Assembly (NCBI GenBank): GCA_038844785.1
Contig: JAWBRA010000013.1
Location: 1 to 49,218, forward strand
Source of the DNA: Candidatus Caldarchaeum sp.
Lineage (GTDB): Archaea; Thermoproteota; Nitrososphaeria_A; Caldarchaeales; Caldarchaeaceae
DNA length: 49,218 bases
Direction: 5' to 3'
This document shows, piece by piece, positions 9,450 to 18,242 of the stretch. The notes beneath the pieces are model-generated. The model did no database searches. It was not told the DNA's origin and saw nothing but the letters and a program-made list of their open reading frames with translations. Position numbers and translations under genes: made by a program. The first letter of the stretch is position 1. Every line of letters starts with the position of its first letter.

Positions 9450-10771
9450 GGTTCTGAGCTACATAGTCTTAAGTAGACTTGTGTAGCTGTTGGGATTCAC
9501 CAGCCTAGGGCTCCTCACGGGTTCATAGGAGCCTTCATCAGCTCGTTGAAGAGCTTAGGGGATGGGGAAAGCCCCTCCATCTGTAGGTATAGGTTTATGG
9601 CTGCGTTTAGCTGTCTGTTAACCCTCAACCCACATCCCTTACATTCGTATTTTGCTCCTTTCGGGGAATTAGTCATCCCACATCTGGAGCATCTTTTGCT
9701 TGTGTTCTTCGGGTTGAGGGTCATGGTCTTCGACTTGTATGCCATGAGGGACTGTATGGTCTTCCAGTCGCTCTTCGCAACCTGCCTGTTATGTCTCCTT
9801 GAGCTGTTGAACATCCGCTTCTTCTCCAGGCTTTCGAAGCCATGTATGTATCCTTCGTATTCTCTGGTGAGGGAGGTGGTTAGCTTGTGGATGAAGTCTC
9901 TAGCCCTGTTTCTCTCCCTCCTCGAGTATTTGGCTAAAACCCTTCTGAGTGAGGGTTTCTTGGATGCCTTCTTCTGCAGCCTCCCCTCTTCAACTCATAG
10001 ACCCTGTGTATGTGGAGGAGCTCTGTCAAACAGACCGTGACCCAGCCCAGCTTCGGGTTAAACCCATCCAAGCTCCTCTCATTGCAGTCCCATGCGACCC
10101 TGCCTTTTACATCCCCCTCCTTTTCTTTGAACCTGAACGTGACTGTCAGATACTTCTCTCCGAGTATAAGCTCGCCTAACCCTGCTCCCACCCTGTTTGA
10201 AAACCATGCCTTTGAGATGTCGAATTCCAGATACTCTGTATAAGGTTTGACGCTGACCGTTATCCTTCCATCCCTAAACCTATATAGTGTCTTCTTTATT
10301 CTAACAAACCTTTTCTTGACGGTGGGCTTCTCCCCACCCCTCTCACCTCTAACATAATTTCTCCTCCAAGACTTGATGATGCTGTATGCCTGCTTAATAG
10401 CCGAATCGACATAGTGCTTCGAGTAAGCCCAATCCTTCATCAATAAACCCCTTAGGTAATGGTTCTTGAACGCTCCATCTTTAGGTATTATTGGGATGAC
10501 CCTGCGCCTCCCAAGCCTGTTGAATCTCTCAACCCACCTAACCCTAGCCCATATCTCATCTACAGCCCTTTGAAGCATCAGCCTATACGTTTCCAGGAAG
10601 TCTGAAACTTCGTATCCATGCTTAATGTTATATGCTCTAACTTGATATGAGTTGCTCAACACATTCAACGCCCAAGAACCCTCTTAGCCTCTTTGAAAGT
10701 TTCTCCATCAGAAGGCATTACGACTTATAACTAGTTAGGTCTATCCACCCCGAAACTGCTGACCACGGCGT
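9450..10771 (-). mobile_element. Non-autonomous tnpB insertion sequence, probably IS607-derived (copy 1)
   Basis: Contains tnpB. One end begins GGTTCTGA plus a hairpin (9457-9488); the other carries CGAAACTGC (10751). Both motifs recur at the ends of copy 2. Boundaries approximate. Confidence 0.75.
9515..10668 (-). pseudogene. tnpB: TnpB-family RNA-guided nuclease, frameshifted
   Basis: KHYVDSAIKQAY, RuvC-I AWDCN, RuvC-II HGFESL, Zn finger CSRC...CKGC, RuvC-III NRQLNAAIN. One base is missing near 9983-9986 (YELKRR|RLQKKAS). Confidence 0.88.
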
Positions 10772-10890
10772 AAACGACCGTTTTTGACCGACGCCTTTTT
10801 CGCGAAGCCGGCGACCACCGCCGAATAACGGCTGTTGGCTGGCCGTGGTTAGCGGAGCGTTTCTAACTGAAGATATATATAGGTATACTC

Positions 10891-11410
10891 GTGAGTATAA
10901 TAATCGTGAGTATACCTTTCTACGACCGCGAAGAGGAGCTTCAAACCCTCATAGAGGCGGTTGACTCGCCGAGGGCTGAGCTCGTGATAATATACGGTCG
11001 GCGGAGGATAGGGAAGACGACGCTGGTGAGAAGGCTGCTGAGCGATCGGAAGGGTGTCTACTTGTATGTTGAGGTGCTTTCTAAACTGTTGAGAGGTTTC
11101 ATGGTTGGTGTTTACTGGGATAGGGAAGGAGATGAGATTGACGTGGCTGCTATGAGAGACGGGGCAGCACTATTCTTTGAATGTAAAACCGCTGGCGTCA
11201 GAAGAGAAGATGCAGCCCTTTTCAAGGGAAGAGCTGAGCATGTGGCGAAGAAGCTTAACTTGAAGAAAGCGGCAATACTGTTTCTGGTCCCCCAATCATC
11301 TGAGAGAGGTTTACGGGGTGAACGTAATCGGTCTTAGAGAGCTGTTGGAGAAGCCGGACAGGCTTAGGGAGGTGTTAGCGCTGGCTGAGACTAGCCATCT
11401 GAAAACGTAG
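10891..11410 (+). pseudogene. Archaeal ATPase (ATPase_2/DUF234 family), internally deleted and frameshifted
   Basis: FYDREEEL...IIYGRRRIGKT is joined after about 60 aa to the C-terminal YWDREGDEIDVAA...FFECK domain. The tail VYGVNVIGLRELL lies in another frame, ending at 11410. Confidence 0.75.
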
Positions 11411-11510
11411 CGGAGAATGCGATGCCGTAGGGTTTGGAAACATCATGTCAGCCTTGAAATCATTGAGACAGGGCTAAACAGCTAAATGAAGGCCTGGCAC
11501 ATTTTCTGAC

Positions 11511-11592
11511 GCCCCACCACCGCCTTAAGCATCGCCTGAGACACGGTGCATCACCCGTCGATGAAGCGGTGAGTTAGGTGGTGGGGACAACT
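11511..11592 (+). ncRNA. Box H/ACA pseudouridylation guide RNA (single hairpin), predicted target 23S rRNA helix 69
   Basis: 10-bp stem CCCCACCACC (11512-21)/GGTGGTGGGG (11577-86), then ACA (11587-89). Pocket GCCTTAA/GAGTTA. K-turn boxes CTGA (11536-39) and GATGA (11560-64). Confidence 0.8.
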
Positions 11593-11598
11593 GTTAGG

Positions 11599-12384
11599 TC
11601 ACCTGATTTTTTCAACAACGGCCTCCGTATAGAAGTCAAAAAACCTGATATATCCTCTCTTTCGGTAAAACAGTACGCCGATGAGGAGGTCTAGCGGGAG
11701 TAAGAAGATTTTGCCGCCGTTCCTTATGGCTGATTCAATAAGACTAATCTTGGTTCTGTCCACCTTTACAACCCTTATCCCCATCAAATACTTCCCTGGC
11801 GTTTGACCTTTATACGCCTCTAGGACGGTAACAAAGACGTAAACGGCGAAGAATATGTGGGCATAAGTGCCTATAAGACGGAAGACAAGTTCACCGACTA
11901 TGGGTATGTGCTCGTAATGGAAAAGCCATGGATGCCCGGCAGGCACTTCACTGAGATGTGCTATAATCTCTATTATGCTACCCCATAAGAGTGGGTCAAG
12001 AAACACTCCTGAAAATATGAAAAATATGGTCGCATCCACTATGAATGCAGCGATGCGCAGAGCGATTATGTCAGCACTTAGTCTAGGCATTTGTGCTAGT
12101 TGCTCTGCGCTACTCGTCTGCAACGATTCATGCATCGTTTGGAGGGCTCTTATGGCCAGCCTGCCCCTCTCCGAGAGGATGTATGTTCCCTTCGGAGTGT
12201 GATCCAGTAGGTTCTTAAGTCTACGTAGGTGGAAGTTCAGCGTGCCCTCACCTACCTTACAAACCTCAAGCAGGTCGGTGTAAGAAACCTCCACCCTATC
12301 ATACACTGTCTTTAGAATAAGCCGCCTAACACGATGGTTTAACGCTTCAACAATATCTTCTACAGCGTCCTCGAATTCGGTCAC
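11599..12384 (-). CDS. ArsR-like winged-HTH fused to an RDD-family membrane domain
   Basis: ALNHRVRRLIL...GTLNFHLRRL...YILSERG, then RIAAFIVD, GQTPGKYLMGIRVV, IRN, and RFFD (RDD motifs). Confidence 0.85.
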   Translation of the reverse strand: MTEFEDAVEDIVEALNHRVRRLILKTVYDRVEVSYTDLLEVCKVGEGTLNFHLRRLKNLLDHTPKGTYILSERGRLAIRALQTMHESLQTSSAEQLAQMPRLSADIIALRIAAFIVDATIFFIFSGVFLDPLLWGSIIEIIAHLSEVPAGHPWLFHYEHIPIVGELVFRLIGTYAHIFFAVYVFVTVLEAYKGQTPGKYLMGIRVVKVDRTKISLIESAIRNGGKIFLLPLDLLIGVLFYRKRGYIRFFDFYTEAVVEKIR

Positions 12385-12574
12385 GTGTGAGCCACGAGAG
12401 ATGTAGGGGTATCGTATTTTTTAAACTTGGTGACATGAGCCTTTTTGCCTCTGCAACGCCACACCTGTAACGTCTATTTAGAGAAACGTGGCTTGTTTCG
12501 CCTGGTTATCGTTGCCGTATGCGGGGTAAAAACATTCAACAGGAGGCTTCAGCAAACATTTACTGTGAAAAAGC

Positions 12575-13228
12575 ATGAGTGAAAAAGGATCTAGGCTGTA
12601 TGTAGGCTTGGCGACAGCTGCGATAGTTATCTCTTTGATCGTGGCAGCCCAGGCCGTATTGAGCTTGTCTCAAACACAGGCTAGGCAGGACGAGATCGCG
12701 AAGCAAGTGTCAGGTGTTTTGGACAAGCTGGCCGCAGCCGAGGCGCGTCTTAACGACTTGGCGAAACAGATTGGAGAAATAAGAACCAGAACAGAGCCAA
12801 AGCTCCAGAAGCTCACTATACTGTTAGGCGAGGGGAAGATAGTACAAGAGGCTGTGAAAGATCCAGCCACTGGCGAGATCAAGCTTCTACCAGAGGAAAA
12901 AGGTGGTGAAGAGGAGTTAACCGGAGAGTACCACCGTTGGGAGCCGGCTGTGATAATTGTGAAGAAAGGCGATACAGTTGAGCTGACGGTAAAGAACCCC
13001 CGCAAACATGCGCATTCGTTTGTGCTGCCGGCCTTCGGCGTTGATACGGGGAGAATACCCGGTAGAGCTGAGCAGCCAGACGAGGCTAAAAGAACGGTGA
13101 CCGTTAGGTTTGTTGCAGACAAAGCTGGAGTATTCCAGTTTCAATGCGGCGTACCCTTCGACCACGAAAAGGGAGACTGTGACGCCGACCACAATTACAT
13201 GGTCGGATACCTCATAGTGTTAGACTAG
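12575..13228 (+). CDS. Membrane-anchored cupredoxin with a coiled-coil stalk
   Basis: N-terminal TM, coiled coil, WEPAVIIVKKGDTVEL, HSF, ADKAGVFQFQC-x10-C-x3-H-x2-M. Confidence 0.85.
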   Translation: MSEKGSRLYVGLATAAIVISLIVAAQAVLSLSQTQARQDEIAKQVSGVLDKLAAAEARLNDLAKQIGEIRTRTEPKLQKLTILLGEGKIVQEAVKDPATGEIKLLPEEKGGEEELTGEYHRWEPAVIIVKKGDTVELTVKNPRKHAHSFVLPAFGVDTGRIPGRAEQPDEAKRTVTVRFVADKAGVFQFQCGVPFDHEKGDCDADHNYMVGYLIVLD

Positions 13229-13263
13229 CATACGCTATCGGCTTCCGAACGACTCCAAAACGG

Positions 13264-14076
13264 GTGGTTGAAATCGGAAATGCAGCTCCCGCAGGTCGGG
13301 TTGTTTCACGGCGCGAAGCCGTAGCAGGCGGGCTGGCGGCTGTTATAGGGGCTCTTGCCTCATCTTCCATATCCTCCGACTCCGACGCCGTCCTAGAGCT
13401 GGAAGCAACAAAGACAGGCACAGAGGAGAAAAAATGGGTGTTCGTGGTAGACACAGATAGATGCAACGGCTGCATGAAGTGTGTCGAGGCATGTCAGGAA
13501 GAGATGAGAGTGCCTCCCGCCTGGAGTGAACACCAGTACAACGGACGGCAGCCTTGGATAGAGGTCTATAAAGTAGGAGACCATTATCTACCGGTCCTCT
13601 GCCAGAACTGTCAGAACGCCCCATGCGCTAAAGTATGTCCTGTCGGCGCTACCTATTACTCCGAAGACCAGATAGTGTTGATAGACCAAGACAGATGTAT
13701 CGGATGCCGTATATGCATAACCGCATGTCCATACCAGCGTCGGTTCTTCAACTGGTTCGACCCGCCCGCATACGGAGACGAAGCCAGCATCCAATACTCG
13801 CCAGATTACAACATACCACATAGGAGGGGTGTTGTGGAGAAATGCATATGGTGTAGACATAGAATCAAGGAAGGAAGGCTGCCAGCCTGTGTAGAAGCAT
13901 GTACTAGGGCAGGTCATAAAGCGCTGTTCTTTGGAGATGCTTTAGAAAACGTGGTGACGAACGGTGAAGAAAACATAATGTTATCAGAGATGGTTGAGCG
14001 GAGAGGGCCTTATCGTCTCAAAGAGGAGCTGGGGACAGAGCCACGCGTCATCTATCTGCCGCCTAGAGGTGTGTGA
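13264..14076 (+). CDS. Four-cluster 4Fe-4S protein (NrfC/QrcC/DsrO/ActB-FeS type) with a twin-arginine signal
   Basis: SRREAVAGGLAA; CNGCMKCVEAC, CQNCQNAPCAKVCP, CIGCRICITACPY, KCIWC...PACVEAC. Confidence 0.92.
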   Translation: MVEIGNAAPAGRVVSRREAVAGGLAAVIGALASSSISSDSDAVLELEATKTGTEEKKWVFVVDTDRCNGCMKCVEACQEEMRVPPAWSEHQYNGRQPWIEVYKVGDHYLPVLCQNCQNAPCAKVCPVGATYYSEDQIVLIDQDRCIGCRICITACPYQRRFFNWFDPPAYGDEASIQYSPDYNIPHRRGVVEKCIWCRHRIKEGRLPACVEACTRAGHKALFFGDALENVVTNGEENIMLSEMVERRGPYRLKEELGTEPRVIYLPPRGV

Positions 14077-14080
14077 CAGA

Positions 14081-16015
14081 ATGAGTGATACATACTCGAG
14101 GATAGAGAACCTGGTCAGGCCTGTCAAAAGACACAGTCTCCGTTTCTACTTGATCTTTACCTCATTGCTTGCTATAGTGGTGTGGGCGGCATATGCTTGG
14201 ACTGTACAGCTTTCCACAGGTCTCGGGGTTACCGGGTTAAGAACCGTGGTGTGGGGGGTCTACATCATAAACTTTGTCTTCTTCATAGGTATAAGTCATG
14301 TAGGCGCCCTGATCTCCGCAATCCTGAGACTCACCGGCTCAGAATGGAGACGTTCCGTAACAAGGATGGCTGAAACCGTAACGTTTGCATCGCTTTTTGT
14401 AGCCTTGCTCATGCCGCTGATAGACCTGGGTAGGCCGGACAGAGTGCTAAACCTGATCGCCTTTGGCAGGGTGCAATCACCTTTAGTGTGGGACTTTATA
14501 TGTATAGGAACCTACTTCATAACTTCTTCGCTCTATCTATATGTGCCCATGATCCCGGATATTGCTTTCCTCAGAGACACCGTCAGTAATGCGTCACCTT
14601 GGAGAAAGAGGTTCTACTCGTTTCTTTCCTTAAACTGGAGGGGGACGTCCGAACAATGGAATGTTCTTGAAAAGGTCGTGAAGTGGTTGACTGTTCTAAT
14701 AGTGTTTATGGTGATAACTGTACACACGGTGGTTTCATGGGACTTCGCTATGACCTTAAGAGTTGGGTGGAACAGTACAATATTCGGCCCCTACTTTGTT
14801 GCCGGCGCAGTCCTCTCAGGCGTCGCCACAGTCCTGCTTATAATGCTTCTCGCCAGAAATGTTTTCAACCTCCAAAACTTCATCACACATAAACACATCG
14901 ACAACATGGCTAAACTCCTGCTGGCGCTGGATATAGCAGTCATATATTTCACAATAAACGAGCACCTAGTGGTCGGCTACAAGTTTTTGGGCACAAAAGA
15001 GCTCGAGGGGCTCTGGCTCGCGTCCCACTTCTGGGGAGCTTACGCCCCTTATTTCTGGCTGCAAGTAATAGGCGGACTCATCATTCCTGCATTCCTGCTA
15101 GCCATTCCAGCGACCAGAAGCTGGAAGGGCTACGTGGCAGCCGCTATACTCATCAACATAGGCATGTGGTTAGAGAGATGGAACATCATAGTCCCAAGCC
15201 TAGCGCTCCCACAGCTGCCATACCCCAGCGGCACGTACACACCTACATGGGTTGAGCTATCTATAACTGCAGGCGCGTTTTCGCTCTTCGCCCTCATATA
15301 TCTGTCCTTCTCCAAACTCTTTCCCATAATCCCTCTCTGGGAGACGGTTGGACACGAGCATGATGCGAAGAGGCTTGCAGCCACTATTCCAGCCCTAAAA
15401 CTCATAGTACCTCAACCAGAGCGCTTGGAAAAACCTGTTACAGCGGTGTCTAAAAGGGTTCTAGCGAAAGCAGTCATCTGGTCGATGACGGGTTTGGCTG
15501 CAGGCTTGTTAGGCGGACGTTATCTAACGCGTCTAATTACTACGCTGTCAAGCGGTAGCAGGGTCTTTTTTGCTGCGAGGCCCCTAAGCACGTTAGGAAA
15601 TGTAGCAAGCTTGGAGGCGCTCAAGGAGCTTGGAATAAGGGTCGTGAGTAATGAGCCCTTCAACAGGGTCGGCACGCTAGAGCTTGCAGACATACGATAC
15701 AACCCTCAAGCATCTCTAATGTCTCTTGTCTTCCGTGACCCGGAACTACCAAACCTACCAATCTATCAGGAGCCTGTGTCGGCCATTGTCTTCATCCAGA
15801 AGACAGGCGCACCGCTAGCTCCGCCGAAAACGCTGCCAGCATCGGTGGAGAGGGTTCAACTCCGAGGGGGCACAGTAGGTCTGCTAACAAGGAGCACGAA
15901 CCTGCTAAAGCTGGAGACGTACGGAGACGGTTACAAAGTCAGCGTGCTAGCCCAAGCCAGCCCTGAAAAGATGTTCGAGATCATGGGCAGAATTACAGAG
16001 GTGATCATGGGTTGA
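14081..16015 (+). CDS. NrfD/PsrC-family quinol-interacting membrane subunit (ActC-like) with a C-terminal extension
   Basis: WGVYIINFVFFIGISHVG, TRMAE, DLGRP, SPLVWD, VHTVVSWDFA, GWNSTIFGPYFVAGA, GMWLERWNI. ATG 14081 follows GAGGTG and the upstream stop. Confidence 0.92.
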   Translation: MSDTYSRIENLVRPVKRHSLRFYLIFTSLLAIVVWAAYAWTVQLSTGLGVTGLRTVVWGVYIINFVFFIGISHVGALISAILRLTGSEWRRSVTRMAETVTFASLFVALLMPLIDLGRPDRVLNLIAFGRVQSPLVWDFICIGTYFITSSLYLYVPMIPDIAFLRDTVSNASPWRKRFYSFLSLNWRGTSEQWNVLEKVVKWLTVLIVFMVITVHTVVSWDFAMTLRVGWNSTIFGPYFVAGAVLSGVATVLLIMLLARNVFNLQNFITHKHIDNMAKLLLALDIAVIYFTINEHLVVGYKFLGTKELEGLWLASHFWGAYAPYFWLQVIGGLIIPAFLLAIPATRSWKGYVAAAILINIGMWLERWNIIVPSLALPQLPYPSGTYTPTWVELSITAGAFSLFALIYLSFSKLFPIIPLWETVGHEHDAKRLAATIPALKLIVPQPERLEKPVTAVSKRVLAKAVIWSMTGLAAGLLGGRYLTRLITTLSSGSRVFFAARPLSTLGNVASLEALKELGIRVVSNEPFNRVGTLELADIRYNPQASLMSLVFRDPELPNLPIYQEPVSAIVFIQKTGAPLAPPKTLPASVERVQLRGGTVGLLTRSTNLLKLETYGDGYKVSVLAQASPEKMFEIMGRITEVIMG

Positions 16016-16953
16016 AGATCTTATCCGCTACATTGATTATGTTTATCGTCATTTCACTATTTATGGGGGCTGTCATGCTATCGATTCCAGCCGAAGCTAA
16101 GATCGTGGTGAAGGGTGAGAACACATCACCCCTAGTAAAGGAGATTGCAATTGTTGTTTCAAGGAAAGGTTTTAACGGTTCAAGGGACTTGAATATAGAG
16201 GCCAACCAAGGAGACCAGCTACGTTTGGTCTTTCTATATGGGGACGGCGACCTAGAATCTGATAATCCACACAAGATAGAGATAGAAGGCTACAACGTGG
16301 CCGTTGAGATCAACAGGGAGGAGACGATAGGCGTGGTGGAGCTGAAGGCGAACCAACCGGGAACGTTTAAGATAAGATGCGTGCTTAGATGCAGAGGGCA
16401 TGAGAACCTACAGGAAGGCCTTATAAAGGTAAAGGAAGTAGGACAGCTTCCCAAGATCTCCACACTTAAGCTCTCAGCCCAAGAGAATAACGAGACAAGA
16501 ACTTATCTGTTAGTTGCAGAGGCTAGGACAGAAGATGGCCTGCCCGTCCGAGGTGTTCAAATAGAGTTCCTCACCAGCTCATCCTTCGGATACGTCAGCA
16601 TCGGGACCTCAGCCACCAATCAAGAGGGGAAAGCCGTCATGGAGTACAAACCAGTAAAAGCAGGGCCTCTGCAAATCCTAGCGGTCTACAAGGCTGATAA
16701 AACAGTCAACGCAACACTGCCTCTTAACCCAGCTTTCGTCTCTCCTCCAGTTTTACCGTTCGAGCTCTCAGAGGCAAACGTGAGAGGTGAAAATCTGTGG
16801 CCTGACCCGAGGCTTGTAGGAACGCCGGCCAGAGCCAACGCTGTGTTATTGGTTTTATTGGCTGCAGTAGTTCTTACGGCTTGGGGGATTGTGTTATGGT
16901 CTTTCCGCTCAATCATACAGTTAAAACGAGGTGAAACTGTGTATGAACGATAG
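16012..16953 (+). CDS. Secreted, membrane-anchored protein: cupredoxin domain + Ig-like domain + C-terminal TM
   Basis: Signal peptide; NPHKIEIEG...ANQPGTFKIRCVLRCRGHENL; Ig-like GLPVRGVQIEF...TNQEGKA; C-terminal hydrophobic helix. Confidence 0.75.
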   Translation: MKILSATLIMFIVISLFMGAVMLSIPAEAKIVVKGENTSPLVKEIAIVVSRKGFNGSRDLNIEANQGDQLRLVFLYGDGDLESDNPHKIEIEGYNVAVEINREETIGVVELKANQPGTFKIRCVLRCRGHENLQEGLIKVKEVGQLPKISTLKLSAQENNETRTYLLVAEARTEDGLPVRGVQIEFLTSSSFGYVSIGTSATNQEGKAVMEYKPVKAGPLQILAVYKADKTVNATLPLNPAFVSPPVLPFELSEANVRGENLWPDPRLVGTPARANAVLLVLLAAVVLTAWGIVLWSFRSIIQLKRGETVYER

Positions 16954-17407
16954 TCAAAAGATAATGGTCCTGATTCCGCTGATAATCGTGGCTTCAGCAA
17001 TAGCTGTTCTAAGCACTAAAAACGAATCTAGCACCCAGACACTATCGTTAAAAGGCTACAATTTCGGAAACGATCTCGCCCAACTCTCGGTAGCAATAGC
17101 CAACGAAGGAACTGAGCCTGTAACCATCAGAAGCATAAGCGTAGATGGGGTAGAGCTAGGGTTAGGAGAAGCATCCAAGCCAGCTACTTTGGGGACGGGG
17201 CTTAAAGGCTTCTCTGGCAGTGAGCTTGTTTTCGCTCCTTATGGAAAGTGGAGATGTTCTTCAGTAAGCGACGGGAAATGCCTGCTAATGCCTAGGAGCG
17301 TAGTAACTCTTTACCTAGGCATTGGTTGGGAAAGAGGAAAAACCTACGTCATTTCAGTTATAACCGACAAGGGAAACTATTCCTTTCTTTTGAAATCACC
17401 ACCTTAG
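16943..17407 (+). CDS. Membrane-anchored beta-sandwich protein of unknown function
   Basis: N-terminal TM; IANEGTEPVTIRSISVDG and WERGKTYVISVITDKGN resemble archaeal surface/pilin-like domains; translationally coupled. Confidence 0.6.
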   Translation: MNDSQKIMVLIPLIIVASAIAVLSTKNESSTQTLSLKGYNFGNDLAQLSVAIANEGTEPVTIRSISVDGVELGLGEASKPATLGTGLKGFSGSELVFAPYGKWRCSSVSDGKCLLMPRSVVTLYLGIGWERGKTYVISVITDKGNYSFLLKSPP

Positions 17408-17453
17408 GGGCGTGTTGGGTAAATGTTTGACGTCTTATACAGAGCTTGCTTCC

Positions 17454-18137
17454 CTAGTGTGTTGTTAGAGCTTCCCAAAGTATGATTACAGCAACAGCAA
17501 CCATGATAGCTCCAAGCCAAAGCTTCGCCGATGCATGTTTTTCATGAAGTAACCTGCGCATCCTTAGCGCAACATGCTTGTTTGTGCAAGTAACCAGTAT
17601 GGTTATGGCTGGAACTATGAAGAAGGTGTTGTAAAGAAGAAGATAGAAAATCTCCCAACCATTCTGTTTGGAGAGAGTTGACAGGAAAAGTGTGTATATG
17701 CCTCCTGTGCATGCGCAGGGGAAGCTGTGTAATCCTGTGAGCGCGCCTGCCCCGATGAGAGCAGGTATTGCCGCCTTTTTAATGAGCTGAACGGCTCCTC
17801 TCCCCAAGTATGTAGAAACATTGTATACTGGAACTAGGTTGGGTGAGATGTAGTTTACTATGTTAGCAGTTCCTATGAGAATCATAATGGCGGCGCTTAC
17901 TCTAGCCAGCACGTGAGGTGCTGTAGGAAAACCGAAAAACACCGTCAGGAATCCAAGCCCAACCAGAAAATACGTCATATAGATTGAGGCAATGAAAGCC
18001 GCGCCCATTAAAAGAACACGTGTCCTGCCGAGGTTGAAGCTGAACATCAACGATATAAGGAGCGCCACTAGGCTCAGAACGCAGATGTTAAGACCGTCAA
18101 CAAAACCGAGAGGTAGCAAGTATATAGCTTCGGCCAT
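17454..18137 (-). CDS. CcdA/DsbD-like transmembrane thiol-redox protein
   Basis: GFVDGLNICVL and FPCACTGGIY Cys motifs, YLLLYNTFFIVP, about 6 TM. Confidence 0.75.
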   Translation of the reverse strand: MAEAIYLLPLGFVDGLNICVLSLVALLISLMFSFNLGRTRVLLMGAAFIASIYMTYFLVGLGFLTVFFGFPTAPHVLARVSAAIMILIGTANIVNYISPNLVPVYNVSTYLGRGAVQLIKKAAIPALIGAGALTGLHSFPCACTGGIYTLFLSTLSKQNGWEIFYLLLYNTFFIVPAITILVTCTNKHVALRMRRLLHEKHASAKLWLGAIMVAVAVIILWEALTTH

Positions 18138-18242
18138 AGGCGCTACCGATAAACATCTCGTGTTTTCAGCTAAAATAGTTATGCTGAAACAGTCTAGGCG
18201 GTTGAGAATTTCTTATATAATGCCGAGCATAACAAACAGCTG

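Noticed and set aside
13840-13862. CIWCRH as a heme c attachment site
   Set aside because: Not CxxCH; these Cys belong to the ferredoxin cluster motif
13994-14080. Longer N-terminus for the NrfD protein; similar over-extended starts at 26624, 27923, 28497, 29406, 33174, 37109 and 44644
   Set aside because: They overlap neighbouring genes or promoters; downstream starts fit RBS/TATA spacing and domain boundaries better
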